The translations under genes were made by a program, and so were the position numbers. From IMG/VR virus record IMGVR_UViG_3300021256_003716: DNA of 64,000 nt; one strand, written 5' to 3'. Under the pieces are notes generated by a model. It made no database searches, was not told the DNA's origin, and worked only from the letters and a program-made list of their open reading frames with translations. How positions within the stretch are numbered: position 1 is the first letter of the stretch; each line of letters begins with the position of its first letter. Below, piece after piece: positions 19,108 to 29,673 of the stretch. The DNA comes from an uncultured virus (IMG/VR IMGVR_UViG_3300021256_003716). Taxonomy: Duplodnaviria; Heunggongvirae; Uroviricota; Caudoviricetes.

Positions 19108-19407
19108 ATGAATGCTTTTTTATTTATATTATTATGTATGATTACGTACACTTTTATTGCTGTTGCTACTTATTGGATATCTGCTTATATTCTCTTTAAG
19201 AAAGAACGTGCAAAATTATCTAAAGAAACTTTTGCAGAGTGGCTAAAAGATATTGATCCTGATACTCATGATTGTAATGCTGAAGCGCCTGTATTACTTG
19301 GTGTATTTTGGGTGTTAACATTAGTAGTTGCTATAATATATGGTATTGGCTGGTGTTTAATTACAGTATTTTCATGGCCTTTTAAGAAAATTTTTAATGT
19401 AAAATAG
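19108..19407 (+). CDS. Hypothetical membrane protein
   Basis: Two hydrophobic segments. Confidence 0.65.
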   Translation: MNAFLFILLCMITYTFIAVATYWISAYILFKKERAKLSKETFAEWLKDIDPDTHDCNAEAPVLLGVFWVLTLVVAIIYGIGWCLITVFSWPFKKIFNVK

Positions 19408-19459
19408 ATAAGAGTTTACTTTATGTAGACTTTTTCTTTTTTGTAGACATATTATAAAT

Positions 19460-19666
19460 ATGGAAAGATATTACTATACTATTGAATTTGATACTACTTG
19501 TCAAGGTCGGTATTGGTATTTTAAGATTGATGAAAATGGCCAGCTTGCTAGAACAGATATACCAGCTGAAGCGATTCAGTTTGAGAATGCTGAAGATGCC
19601 GAACAGTATATGTCTGATCATGGTATGCAAGGGGTTCATGCTCAACGTATGTATACCAATTCCTAA
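19460..19666 (+). CDS. Hypothetical protein
   Basis: ATG directly after the promoter box. Confidence 0.65.
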   Translation: MERYYYTIEFDTTCQGRYWYFKIDENGQLARTDIPAEAIQFENAEDAEQYMSDHGMQGVHAQRMYTNS

Positions 19667-19743
19667 TTAAGCTTTAGAGTCCACATTATGTGGACTTTTT
19701 CTATTTTATATACATATTATAATAAATAAAGGAGTTATAAGAA

Positions 19744-21423
19744 ATGGCAACAACAACATCAATTGCGGCAGCAATAAAAAATAACTATAATGAAATGAGA
19801 AAATCAAATAAAATTATTTTAGCTGCTTCAAATAAGTCAGTTCAGCGCGTTATGTCTTGGGGAAAAATTCCCCGTGAAGAGGCTTGTTTATTTTCTTATT
19901 TTGCCGCTTTGGCAATAAATGGTGATCAATGGTTTAATTTAACTGATATCCAGAATTATATTGATTGTGAAGCAATTGATTATTGTGGTTATATTCCTGT
20001 AATGGATAATCTTCTTAAAAAAGGTTTTTTCTCTTTGCGATATGATTTTAAGTATCGTGCGGGCCTTTTTAATAAAGATACTCAATTTTATTTACATCCT
20101 CAGACTGAAGAGCTTATTGTATATAATAAGGCATTTAAGCCATATTTTGGGGATGTAAAGGTTCAGACAGATACATTATCATTCTTGTATCGTTGTAAAA
20201 AAGAAGGATTTAATTCAAGATTTATTTATTATAAAGAAACTATTAAGGGTCTTTATAATGATAATACTTTTTTAATGCAGTTTGTAAAAGACGAAATAAA
20301 GTTTCCAAAGGGCACTTTTTCAAATCAGTCTGCTCTTCTTTTCTTTATTCGTGCGGGTATGTATCTTATTGATGGCCAAGAATCTGTATCTGTTCGTGAT
20401 ACTATTGCAGAAAGTTATGAAATGTCATTAACTGATATTGCAAATACTGTAAATACTTTTAAAACTGGTACAAACTGGTTTATCAAGTCAAAAATTTTTG
20501 AGATTAATAAAGCCAACCTTGGTGATGATATTACAATTTCTTGGGGTGATAAAGCTAAGAAAGATTTCTATAAAGGAAATATTGGTTTATTCTTGAATAA
20601 GTCAGACACTCCAAAAGAAGTTGGAAAAATTTCTTATAAGAACATTGCTGAAAAAACTCTTTTTTATAATGAAAAAAATCAAGGTGATGTAGACCGCATT
20701 GAAAATCTTTTATCAGATAAAAGCTATAATGAAATTAGATCACGTCTTGAAGAAAAACATATGCCTAAGGGTGTTATAATTCTTATGCATGGAACTCCAG
20801 GCACTGGTAAAACAGAGACAGCTATGCAGCTAGCAAGAAAGACTGGACGTGATGTTCTCCATGTAAATATTTCAGAAATTCGTTCTTGTTGGGTTGGCGA
20901 GTCAGAAAAGAATATAAAGAAAATCTTTAAGTCTTATACTGAAGTTAAAGGTAAAAAACCAATTCTTTTGTTTAATGAGGCTGATGCTATTGTTTCAAAA
21001 CGAACTACTGATGTTAGTGGTGCAAACTCTTCTGTAAACAAAATGGAAAATGCAATGCAGAATATCATTTTGGAAGAGTTTGAAAACTTTGATGGTATTT
21101 GTATTCTTACAACAAACTTAGCGGATACCATTGATGAAGCTTTTGACCGTCGTATTCTTTTCAAAATGAAATTTGAAAATCCAACAAAAGATGTAAAGAA
21201 AAAGATTTGGAAAGATAAAATTGAGTCTTTGACTGATGAAGATTTGGAGGCATTATCAGAGTTTGATTTTAGTGGTGGTCAAATTGAAAATATCCGCCGT
21301 AAAATTACAATTGATGAAATTCTTTATGGTAATAAGCCTTCTTTATCTACTCTTATAGATTTCTGTAAAAAGGAAAGGCTACATGAAGATAGGTCATGCC
21401 ATATTGGTTTTGGTACTATTTAA
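19744..21423 (+). CDS. AAA+ ATPase
   Basis: Walker A GTPGTGKT, Walker B variant LLFNEAD, TTN, DEAFDRR, SGGQIEN. Confidence 0.9.
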   Translation: MATTTSIAAAIKNNYNEMRKSNKIILAASNKSVQRVMSWGKIPREEACLFSYFAALAINGDQWFNLTDIQNYIDCEAIDYCGYIPVMDNLLKKGFFSLRYDFKYRAGLFNKDTQFYLHPQTEELIVYNKAFKPYFGDVKVQTDTLSFLYRCKKEGFNSRFIYYKETIKGLYNDNTFLMQFVKDEIKFPKGTFSNQSALLFFIRAGMYLIDGQESVSVRDTIAESYEMSLTDIANTVNTFKTGTNWFIKSKIFEINKANLGDDITISWGDKAKKDFYKGNIGLFLNKSDTPKEVGKISYKNIAEKTLFYNEKNQGDVDRIENLLSDKSYNEIRSRLEEKHMPKGVIILMHGTPGTGKTETAMQLARKTGRDVLHVNISEIRSCWVGESEKNIKKIFKSYTEVKGKKPILLFNEADAIVSKRTTDVSGANSSVNKMENAMQNIILEEFENFDGICILTTNLADTIDEAFDRRILFKMKFENPTKDVKKKIWKDKIESLTDEDLEALSEFDFSGGQIENIRRKITIDEILYGNKPSLSTLIDFCKKERLHEDRSCHIGFGTI

Positions 21424-21426
21424 TGT

Positions 21427-21678
21427 ATGTATACCGTAAAAACTCTTATACACATACCTACTTCTAGTAGAGCAGCTTTATGGAGAATTTGTTGTAAATA
21501 TTGTAATAAAGTTCTTTATACTTCAACTTTCCATAAAGAAATTGATTCTCTTTCTGAAGAGATTAGTCAATGGAATTCAATTTCTTTTCAAAGAGATAGA
21601 TTTTTTGAACATGCTGAAGAATGTCCAAACTTTAGGCGAAATCCGCAAACTTATCCAAGGACAATATTTTTAGATTAG
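21427..21678 (+). CDS. Small zinc-finger paralog
   Basis: CKYCNKVLY..HAEEC. Confidence 0.7.
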   Translation: MYTVKTLIHIPTSSRAALWRICCKYCNKVLYTSTFHKEIDSLSEEISQWNSISFQRDRFFEHAEECPNFRRNPQTYPRTIFLD

Positions 21679-21687
21679 AAATATAAC

Positions 21688-21933
21688 ATGAAATATAAAA
21701 GATTGTATATAAGATATATTTGTAATTATTGTAAAAAAGTAGTATATCATGTATATACTGGAGGCCATACTTTAGGTCCAGATTATGATATTAGTGACAG
21801 GTATCATATAAAAAAGGTACGTAATTATTGTATTGAAAAAATAACCAGTCATATGGAAGTATGTGAACGCTTTAATAATGATGTTAAAAATTCTAATGGT
21901 GAATTTTTACCACTTTATAAACAAAGATATTAA
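21688..21933 (+). CDS. Small zinc-finger paralog
   Basis: RYICNYCKKVVY..HMEVC. Confidence 0.7.
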   Translation: MKYKRLYIRYICNYCKKVVYHVYTGGHTLGPDYDISDRYHIKKVRNYCIEKITSHMEVCERFNNDVKNSNGEFLPLYKQRY

Positions 21934-21935
21934 AA

Positions 21936-22178
21936 ATGGCTAGAAAAAATACTTATGTAAGATATACATGTAAATTTTGTGGTAGAGTAGTGTTTACTTG
22001 GGACTTATTTTCAGTAAATACTGCATTTAAGGCAAAAAGTTTTACAGAAAAAATATATTCGGACCAATCACACTCAGTTATCTATGATAAATTGGAAAGA
22101 CATAAAGATGTTTGCAATAAAGCTAAAAGAGATGATTATTCTGATTGGGATAAAGCATTTATAATACAAAAATTTTAG
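21936..22178 (+). CDS. Small zinc-finger paralog
   Basis: RYTCKFCGRVVF..HKDVC. Confidence 0.7.
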   Translation: MARKNTYVRYTCKFCGRVVFTWDLFSVNTAFKAKSFTEKIYSDQSHSVIYDKLERHKDVCNKAKRDDYSDWDKAFIIQKF

Positions 22179-22197
22179 TATTATTAAAGGTATTGTT

Positions 22198-22464
22198 ATG
22201 GCAAGATTTAGATGGGGATTATTTGCAGAAATATTTGGTACTAGCGATGGATCGTATAAGCGATATATTTGTATACATTGCCATAAAGTTATCTGTACCG
22301 TTAAAAGTGCTCATGACCCTAAAGATTCCTTATTTATTCAAGAAAAAATTTCGAGTCATCATCAAATTTGTAAGCCCTACCAACGAGCTATTTTAAAAAA
22401 TCCCCGACTTAAGGATTATCTTTCTGCTAGCTATACAATTATAAAATATAGAGTAAATAAATAA
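22198..22464 (+). CDS. Small zinc-finger paralog
   Basis: RYICIHCHKVIC..HHQIC. Confidence 0.7.
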   Translation: MARFRWGLFAEIFGTSDGSYKRYICIHCHKVICTVKSAHDPKDSLFIQEKISSHHQICKPYQRAILKNPRLKDYLSASYTIIKYRVNK

Positions 22465-22466
22465 TT

Positions 22467-22697
22467 ATGAAAAAATCAAATTTGAGAATTATTTGTCCTT
22501 TTTGTCATAAAACTATATATACATATTATTATATGATACATCCTAATCCTATTGGGTGTTCTCTTAATGAAGAATCTGCTTTTAAAAAGAAAGCTGACCT
22601 TATGTGGGAAAAGCATTTAAGACATATGGATATTTGTAAAGAATATAAAAAAGCAACATTAAATGACTGTGCTAAAATTATACAACAAGAGTTTTAG
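22467..22697 (+). CDS. Small zinc-finger paralog
   Basis: RIICPFCHKTIY..HMDIC. Confidence 0.7.
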   Translation: MKKSNLRIICPFCHKTIYTYYYMIHPNPIGCSLNEESAFKKKADLMWEKHLRHMDICKEYKKATLNDCAKIIQQEF

Positions 22698-23004
22698 GAT
22701 TAGTACAAGGGCAAAGAAAATATGACACTTACAAAAAAGAAATGGGAATTTTTTAGATAAAGTAGAAAGCAGCGTATATGACTGGAGAGTAAATTATTCT
22801 AGAGTGTTGGAGAAATAATTATGATTAAATTAATACTTGAATTAGCATGTTGTGTAATTTGTGGTGGTCCAGTTTTGGCAATGATAATTGTATTTTTCTG
22901 GGTTAACAGAGATTGCAATGATAGTGATGGTGTACCACAAGAATAAGCTTAAGGAGTGTAAACCTTGAAAAAGACTTATAGAGAATTTTTAGAAAGCTTT
23001 GATA

Positions 23005-23450
23005 TGTATGCAGTGTAGCAAGACTGATTGAAAACATTGCTAGCGTTTATGTTACGTATGGCCTTACGCTTTGAACGAAAAGGCTGCTTTCCAAGTGCAT
23101 TTGGACACAGATGCTATCTGTACAGGCTAACAATTTGGACGAGTTAGTATATAGCTATGAAACTGGAGTCTGGAAAGCTTAAGATACCATGCATGAAGTC
23201 CAATGAGGATGACCAAATCCGAAAGAAGCGCTTGATTTTGGTAGCTATTCGTAAGGGTAGCGCGCGTGAACCAGCACGATAATACCTTCTGGAGTGGAGA
23301 CAACATCTGGATATATAATATCGCCGTGGATGCAAAAATTCGCCAGATAAGCTCCCTGAAATTGAGGCACGGATGGGTGAGTACTACACCTAACGACTAC
23401 CTAATAGTACGCTATGATTAGTCCCTCTCTATTGAGAGGGAATTTTTTAT
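23005..23450 (+). ncRNA. Unidentified structured RNA candidate
   Basis: GC-richer stretch without a convincing ORF, ending in a TCCCTCTC/GAGAGGGA terminator-like hairpin. Confidence 0.4.
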
Positions 23451-23461
23451 AGGGGTTAAAA

Positions 23462-23656
23462 ATGGAACAATATATTCATAGTTTTGATATATTTGACGCA
23501 TGTGGGCATTATCAAGACCCCGTTCCAGATATTCAAGATTTTATTGATGATGGTTGGACTGTGAAGTTAATTACGCCAATTACTGGTAAAGAGGATAATT
23601 CTAGCCCAACAGTAGCAGTGCTTGTATTATTTGAAAGAGAAACTAAGAAAGACTAA
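23462..23656 (+). CDS. Hypothetical protein
   Basis: ORF track. Confidence 0.6.
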   Translation: MEQYIHSFDIFDACGHYQDPVPDIQDFIDDGWTVKLITPITGKEDNSSPTVAVLVLFERETKKD

Positions 23657-23871
23657 TTAGGAATTTCATTTTCTTCTATTTCAGCCCAGTCAAGTTGGTC
23701 ATGATAGATAGCACCAATACAATTACATAGTCCTTTTAAGAGACTGTTATCACTATTATTATAGCCTCTAGTTGCCTGAGCTTCATTTTCTATTATGCTT
23801 CGTAATAAATTATATTCATTTGGTTTTAGGCCAAGTATATTATAGGTTCTATTATTATTTAATTGTACCAT
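23653..23871 (-). CDS. Hypothetical protein
   Basis: ORF track. Confidence 0.55.
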   Translation of the reverse strand: MVQLNNNRTYNILGLKPNEYNLLRSIIENEAQATRGYNNSDNSLLKGLCNCIGAIYHDQLDWAEIEENEIPN

Positions 23872-23951
23872 ATTTTAATATTATCTATTTGGAGCTTTTT
23901 CTGATAGAAAACATATTATAATTATGTTAGTTTATTTATAGAGGTGTTTTT

Positions 23952-24710
23952 ATGGAAGTACGAAAATATTTTGATAGGTATAGCTATTTTAATCCTAATA
24001 AGTGGGTTTGGGGTCCAGCAACTACCTTTGGACGAATTGGTACTCTTCAAGAACAAGAAGAATGGAACCAGATCTATCAAAAAACCCGAATGCGTAGGTC
24101 AACTATGGAACATGGTATACCTAAAGATAATGACCTTAATCCTCCTGATTTTCATTCTCAGGAAAGAGACGCAGAACAGTTTGGGCTTTCTGAATATGAT
24201 GTAACCGATACTTTTGGTCTTAAATGGCATGGTAAGAAAGGCGCAAACGTAATTAAAGGTTCACCAGATTATGAAGGCCATCTTTATTATAATTCTGAAG
24301 AATATGATGATGACTATGAATGTGAAATAAGCGAATTTACCCCAGATAGTCCACCAGACCCAGATACTTTTGTTAAATTTAAGAAGGATTATCCATTTGA
24401 GAGAAATGAATGGATTGATATCAAAAATATTAAAGGTGTTGAATATAAATATCTTGTAGATAATCATCTTTTTAAGGATACCCATATTGATTTCTGGTAT
24501 GATGAAAAGGGCGAAGAAAAAGAGTCACTTTATAGTGGGGATAATTATAAAGATTTTATAGATGCACTTAAACAATTTGGAAAGAATAACTTTGTTGAGC
24601 AAATCTTCAAAAGTATGAATGAACATTTTGAAAAACTTAAGAATAGCGAACGTAAAGAAGAGCGGGATTTCTGGCCTGGAAAAACTGCTGAAGAATGGTT
24701 TAATGATTAA
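23952..24710 (+). CDS. Hypothetical protein
   Basis: GAGG RBS and a downstream terminator. Confidence 0.75.
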   Translation: MEVRKYFDRYSYFNPNKWVWGPATTFGRIGTLQEQEEWNQIYQKTRMRRSTMEHGIPKDNDLNPPDFHSQERDAEQFGLSEYDVTDTFGLKWHGKKGANVIKGSPDYEGHLYYNSEEYDDDYECEISEFTPDSPPDPDTFVKFKKDYPFERNEWIDIKNIKGVEYKYLVDNHLFKDTHIDFWYDEKGEEKESLYSGDNYKDFIDALKQFGKNNFVEQIFKSMNEHFEKLKNSERKEERDFWPGKTAEEWFND

Positions 24711-24782
24711 ATAAATAAAAGCTAGCACTAAAAATGCTAGCTTTTTTATTATCTATCTTTTGAAAAATTACTAATTGTAATT

Positions 24783-25283
24783 ATGACAGGACAAGAGTTT
24801 TTAGATATAACAGAAAATATTGAAATTATAGATTTTGATTCAGGTACAATAACTGATCATACTGAAGTGCATTATAAAGGAAATGTTAGCGCAGGTATTC
24901 ATCAGGTTTTTACAAAAGGTGGCGCAATAATATTTTCTGGCAGACTTAAAAATGATTCTGGCTCTTGGGAAAATTGGGATACTAGCTACTCAACTATTGA
25001 AGAAATGAGAGCTCCTTGTAAAGAACACCCTAACTATCCAATTTATTTTGAAATCAGTGATGGTGTTTTTAGTATTGAATCTGTTGAAAAAGTTCATTAT
25101 GACTATTCAGGAGATGGCGATGGCAATTATGAATCATTAGATATTACTTGCTCAGAAGAACCTGTTGCTAGTTCTCTTGATAGATTAGAAAAAATAGATG
25201 TTGACAGTTATGAGGATATGTTTGAATCAGTACATACTAATGCGCAGAATTCTCGTATGTTTGACAAGTTTGAAAGGCCTTAA
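24783..25283 (+). CDS. Acidic hypothetical protein
   Basis: ATG follows the CTAATT motif. Confidence 0.7.
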   Translation: MTGQEFLDITENIEIIDFDSGTITDHTEVHYKGNVSAGIHQVFTKGGAIIFSGRLKNDSGSWENWDTSYSTIEEMRAPCKEHPNYPIYFEISDGVFSIESVEKVHYDYSGDGDGNYESLDITCSEEPVASSLDRLEKIDVDSYEDMFESVHTNAQNSRMFDKFERP

Positions 25284-25417
25284 CTAAAAATAAATATATT
25301 TTTATTAAAAGTCTTTCAGTAATGAAAGACTTTTTTTATACTTGGTGAATAAAACCAACATATAATATAAGTAAAAAATTTTTAGTTAGGTTTTTTAGAA
25401 GAGGCTATTATTATAAT

Positions 25418-25609
25418 ATGGATTCTAAAAAAACTAAAAGTGGTTTTACTCCAGAACAATTACTGGATGAGAATGTATTAGCTTATTGTGGATATAGGTT
25501 AGAAGGAAATAAATTAGTTTCAACTTATTATGAGCCAAATCCTTATACGCCTATTGAAGTAGTTAAAGAGCGAATAAACAAATTTGAAAAAATAAAACAG
25601 TGTGTATAG
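25418..25609 (+). CDS. Hypothetical protein
   Basis: ORF track. Confidence 0.55.
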   Translation: MDSKKTKSGFTPEQLLDENVLAYCGYRLEGNKLVSTYYEPNPYTPIEVVKERINKFEKIKQCV

Positions 25610-25782
25610 ACACTAGTCTTCTGTACCACTTTTAGGGACTTGGTGAAAAAGGTAGTAAGCCTAAAAGTCCTGAAGACCTTCGACAAATTACAATCGGTTA
25701 AAGTTGTCAAAAGGAGAAAACCGTGCTAACTAATCACGGAGGCTGTTAGTCCTCAGCTATATCAAAAGGACATTATTTTTAT

Positions 25783-25940
25783 GTTTTGAGTAAGCAGAAC
25801 TGGTATATGCGCTCTGGTCCCTTGAAATAATAGGGGCGAATAATCATAATGGCAACATTATGGGGCCTCAGTGGCCGGAGGCGACATAAGCGACTCTAGT
25901 AGCCGAAATGTATTGTAGGTTCGAATCCTGCCTTGAAACC
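25783..25940 (+). ncRNA. tRNA-like RNA with a multi-hairpin insert in place of the anticodon loop
   Basis: GTTTTGAG/CTTGAAAC ends, D loop AACTGGTATA, CTCTGGTC/GGCCGGAG stem, T arm GTAGG-TTCGAAT-CCTGC. Confidence 0.55.
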
Positions 25941-26244
25941 TTTGCAATTATAAGTCTGAAAGGAAAGAAGAGTTGGCAACTCTCGTAATCTTGTGCAAGT
26001 GCGTAAAAAACACCCAGAGATTCAAGTGAGAAACGAAAAAACTTCCAAGTAGGAGAGGGAGAGTGGTGCTAGCCACGACCACACACTCAAGTAAGTTGCT
26101 GCTTATCTGGATGAAAGTTAATATCCTGTTGGGAATTTGCGAGCCCATAAAAAGACTGAAGTAACGAGGTCATACCGAAGGAAACAGACAACGATGCACG
26201 TGATACAATTGCGTAGCTAACACGTAAAATAAGACTGGGCACCA

Positions 26245-26318
26245 CGTCTTTCTAGCTTAACTGGTAGAGCCGCATCGATATAAGGTGCGAGGTGTAGGTT
26301 CAAATCCTGCGAGGACGA
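26245..26318 (+). tRNA. tRNA-like gene, TAT in a non-canonical loop
   Basis: Good D and T arms; GCATC-GATATAA-GGTGC. Confidence 0.55.
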
Positions 26319-26716
26319 TAAAATGGGATTCTAGCGTGCTTTGGCATGCATGTGAATAGCGACGTCTAGCACGTCTCCCAAGGTATGTTCCGACCTGGCT
26401 TATCTATCAGAATTTGGGGCGAAGATAAGAGATACGAACACCTAGGAAAATTTATGTAGGAGTTATTAAAAGTATGCCAGTTAAGTGGGTAACCCGCTTC
26501 TGGAGGACTACCAAGGCGTGGCCTGCATTTCGACGGAAATGTACCGACCGGTGAAGGTGCTAGTTAGAACCAGATAATTTCTAGCTGACTTGAATGTCAA
26601 CCATAGACCTTGCGAGCTGAGTGCGTGCATTACGAGCGCTCTTAAAGCAGCCAAATTGCATCGGGCATTCCTTTTTAATTATATGGAGATTTTCGCTTAT
26701 GACTTATCATTAGGTT

Positions 26717-26962
26717 ATGTATAGAGCACAACCTAAAAGACAAGACCATGGAACTCGTGGTTCTAAAAGAGAGTCATTACTCCACTGGGGTAACGTTAAG
26801 AAGGGTATGAAGCAATTTTTAAAAGCTGCATACAGAGAACAAAAACACAATTGGAAAATTGAATTAAACAAGCTAGGAATCGATTGTACTGATGAAGAAA
26901 TCGAGGAATATGAAACAAGAACTCAGTTTAATTCACAATGCATGTGGTATTGGTTTGACTAA
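26717..26962 (+). CDS. Hypothetical protein
   Basis: ORF track. Confidence 0.6.
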   Translation: MYRAQPKRQDHGTRGSKRESLLHWGNVKKGMKQFLKAAYREQKHNWKIELNKLGIDCTDEEIEEYETRTQFNSQCMWYWFD

Positions 26963-27061
26963 TCAATAAAATTATTAAAGAAACTGGCCAGGGATCTCTA
27001 ACGGATGCTGAGAGGCTTAATGATGCTACTGAATGGTGGTAGCCCAGTTTCTTTTTATTTT

Positions 27062-27136
27062 GGCCCTATAGCTCAACTGGATAGTAGCAATTGCCTTCTA
27101 AGCAATAGGTTCCCTGTTCGAGTCAGGGTAGGGTCA
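27062..27136 (+). tRNA. tRNA-Arg(TCT)
   Basis: ATTGC-CTTCTAA-GCAAT. Confidence 0.9.
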
Positions 27137-27332
27137 TAGTAAGTTTTTTGTAGATTTTTTGATATAATAGACTCGTACTGGGAACGAGGGAAGATGTTTA
27201 TTAGCGCTTATGGCATTTTCAATAATCCTACTTCCTGTGTATCTATTTTTGAGGACTATGCATAGCAATAGGTACTGAAAGTTGTATAATAGAGGGACAA
27301 CTTAAAACTTATTAAAAAAATCTACATTTTTT

Positions 27333-27407
27333 GGCCGCATCGTCTACGGTGGTTTAGGACATCGCCCTCTCAAGGCGAAAAACGGAGTTCGACTCTCCGT
27401 GCAGCTA
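27333..27407 (+). tRNA. tRNA-Glu(CTC)
   Basis: TCGCC-CTCTCAA-GGCGA. Confidence 0.85.
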
Positions 27408-27800
27408 AAACGCTCCATTGAATTACGCACTAGGATATGGAGACTAGACTAGACCGAAGCGTAGGGGACATGAGTCAGAAGTTGTGGTGTGCTCTAGTTT
27501 TCACTAGACTGTCCACTCAGGTCAAATACTTGCTATAAAAGGTGCGAGCTGAAATATTGCATAGATCACCCCAAAAGTTTGACCATTTTTAATTATTTTT
27601 ATTAAATATCTACTCATAAAAGCATTTAAAATTTAGATGCTTTTTTATTTTAAAAATTAATGTGAATTTTCTAAAAATGAAGTTATATTAATTAATGAGT
27701 ATTGAGAAGGTATATCTGAGCCTTGCGCTAGCGGCTTAATATATAGGCTTTTTAAAATTTTTATACATATTATAAATATTATAAAGATTTTGGGGTAGTT

Positions 27801-28715
27801 ATGAATAAGGATATAAAACCACTCTATAGAAAGCAGAATACAAGAGTATTAAATCCAGGTTATTGGATTTGGAGTAATGGTGGAGATTATAAATGGGAAC
27901 GCCATTCTCATAAAAATGATTTTGAAACTACAAAATTGTCAATGAAGAAAGATCGTGGCGCTTCTTATGACTATACTCCACTTTATTGGTATCTCCGTAA
28001 GCATGTAGGCGAAAATTGGAATGATATTTATAGCAGTATTTTGCCTAGGTTACCAAATACAAAAGATGGTAGAGAAGCTTGGACATATTTTGTTAATCAG
28101 CCATATGAAAAAAAGAAACCAGTAGTATGTTATGGACCAAGAGCATATTATTCAGCATTATATATTGATGAAAATAATTTGTTGCAAATTGTTGATCCAG
28201 CTCTTGGAGTAGAACATTTTAATGCAACGTATGGTCGAGATTTCCCAGAGACATATACCTTTAATGGTAAACGTATTATAAAAAATGATCCAAAGGTTGG
28301 TGATTTTAATTGTGAACATTATTGGGATATTCGGGATAATCAATGGAAGTATTTTGATTCTAAGTTACCTTGGGACCAGCGTCATCCTACACTAGAAAAA
28401 TACCTTATGGATCGTATGGATATGGATATTGTAAAAAATGGCCAATATACAGTTCATATAAAAGATATTGGTTCCGATGGTAGTTATTCTGTTAAAGTAG
28501 ATTATATACTCCAAAAATATGGAAAATGTCGTTTTTATAAAGTATCCGCTTTTAATAAGGATATTAAAATTGAAATAAGTGATAAAGAAATTATTCAGCC
28601 ATATTTGGATGCTAAAAAGAAAGCTGAAAAGTTGGCTAAAAAGAAGCTTAGAAAATCTATGCTTCATCCAAAACACAGAAAAGAAATTGAGGACCAGGAA
28701 AATAATGCGGAATAG
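27801..28715 (+). CDS. Hypothetical protein
   Basis: 304 aa ORF. Confidence 0.75.
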   Translation: MNKDIKPLYRKQNTRVLNPGYWIWSNGGDYKWERHSHKNDFETTKLSMKKDRGASYDYTPLYWYLRKHVGENWNDIYSSILPRLPNTKDGREAWTYFVNQPYEKKKPVVCYGPRAYYSALYIDENNLLQIVDPALGVEHFNATYGRDFPETYTFNGKRIIKNDPKVGDFNCEHYWDIRDNQWKYFDSKLPWDQRHPTLEKYLMDRMDMDIVKNGQYTVHIKDIGSDGSYSVKVDYILQKYGKCRFYKVSAFNKDIKIEISDKEIIQPYLDAKKKAEKLAKKKLRKSMLHPKHRKEIEDQENNAE

Positions 28716-29661
28716 TATATGTATAGATGGAAAGGATTTTTCTGAGGCAATTCAAAAGTTTTATACTGAAGAAGAATATAAAGATGTATCAAAAGACTTA
28801 AAATATTGTTTTATTGAGCTGCTTAAGCGAGATAAAGAGGGTAGATTCCATATTGGCGAAGATCATTTCTGGACTAAAGGCCCAATTAAAACTATAGGAT
28901 ACGCAGCTTTGAATTGGTATAAAATAATGCCAAGAAGTGTTCGTAAGGCAATAGATAATTTTGATAGTAATAGTAGTATTACTAATGCAAGTAAATTATT
29001 AGTAGCAATAAAAAAAGCTATGGAAAGCTCAAAAAATAATTTACCTATTTCAGCATATCCAGGTATTTTAATTGATGATTATCGTGATTGGGCACATAGC
29101 GTAGTTATTGAATTAAGCGAATATGATAATAAAATATCATTTTCATCATGGGGCGATTTTGATATTTCCTCAAGGCTACGAAAAGACCTTAACTTAGAAA
29201 ATAAAGATGAGTCTTTAGAAAGGATAATTGAAGGCGCAATTGAAAAAAATGTATCCGTTAAAAGGCTTACATTAAGACATGGTTCGCCATATTTAGATTT
29301 TTCAGTTAGCCGATATCAACCGAATAAAGATGCTTATGAAACATTTTGTAAGTCATATGCAGAAAATCATCCAATTGAGCTATTGAATACTTATAAATTT
29401 TATTCAAAAAAACTTCGATGTGGATATAATCCTTGGCATAATACGCATACAAGTACTGAGGAAACTGTTTCTTATGATGTAAGAGCAAAAAATAAAAAAG
29501 AAGCTTATAAGCAATTTAAGAAACTTGTTGAAGAAGAAAATGATAGGTATAGCAGAATGTGGTTTCCTGGAACAGAAGGACGCCCACATGAAAAAGCTTG
29601 TCCATTATCTGAAGGAAAATTGGTATTTAAGCCACGTAAAGGTGAAATTTATTATTACTAA
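28705..29661 (+). CDS. Hypothetical protein
   Basis: ORF track; ATG at 28705 preferred. Confidence 0.7.
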   Translation: MRNSICIDGKDFSEAIQKFYTEEEYKDVSKDLKYCFIELLKRDKEGRFHIGEDHFWTKGPIKTIGYAALNWYKIMPRSVRKAIDNFDSNSSITNASKLLVAIKKAMESSKNNLPISAYPGILIDDYRDWAHSVVIELSEYDNKISFSSWGDFDISSRLRKDLNLENKDESLERIIEGAIEKNVSVKRLTLRHGSPYLDFSVSRYQPNKDAYETFCKSYAENHPIELLNTYKFYSKKLRCGYNPWHNTHTSTEETVSYDVRAKNKKEAYKQFKKLVEEENDRYSRMWFPGTEGRPHEKACPLSEGKLVFKPRKGEIYYY

Positions 29662-29673
29662 TGGAGAAAATAT

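Noticed and set aside
25271..25337. A sixth attenuator
   Set aside because: The terminator resembles terminator B and the ORF end TGAAAGGC could pair with it. However, the upstream ORF is an ordinary 166-aa gene with no biased codon run, and a promoter box follows immediately.
26980..27055. Riboswitch or self-cleaving ribozyme
   Set aside because: The region is structured (AAAGAAACTGG/CCAGTTTCTTT), but I could not match hammerhead, twister, HDV-like or fluoride-riboswitch cores.
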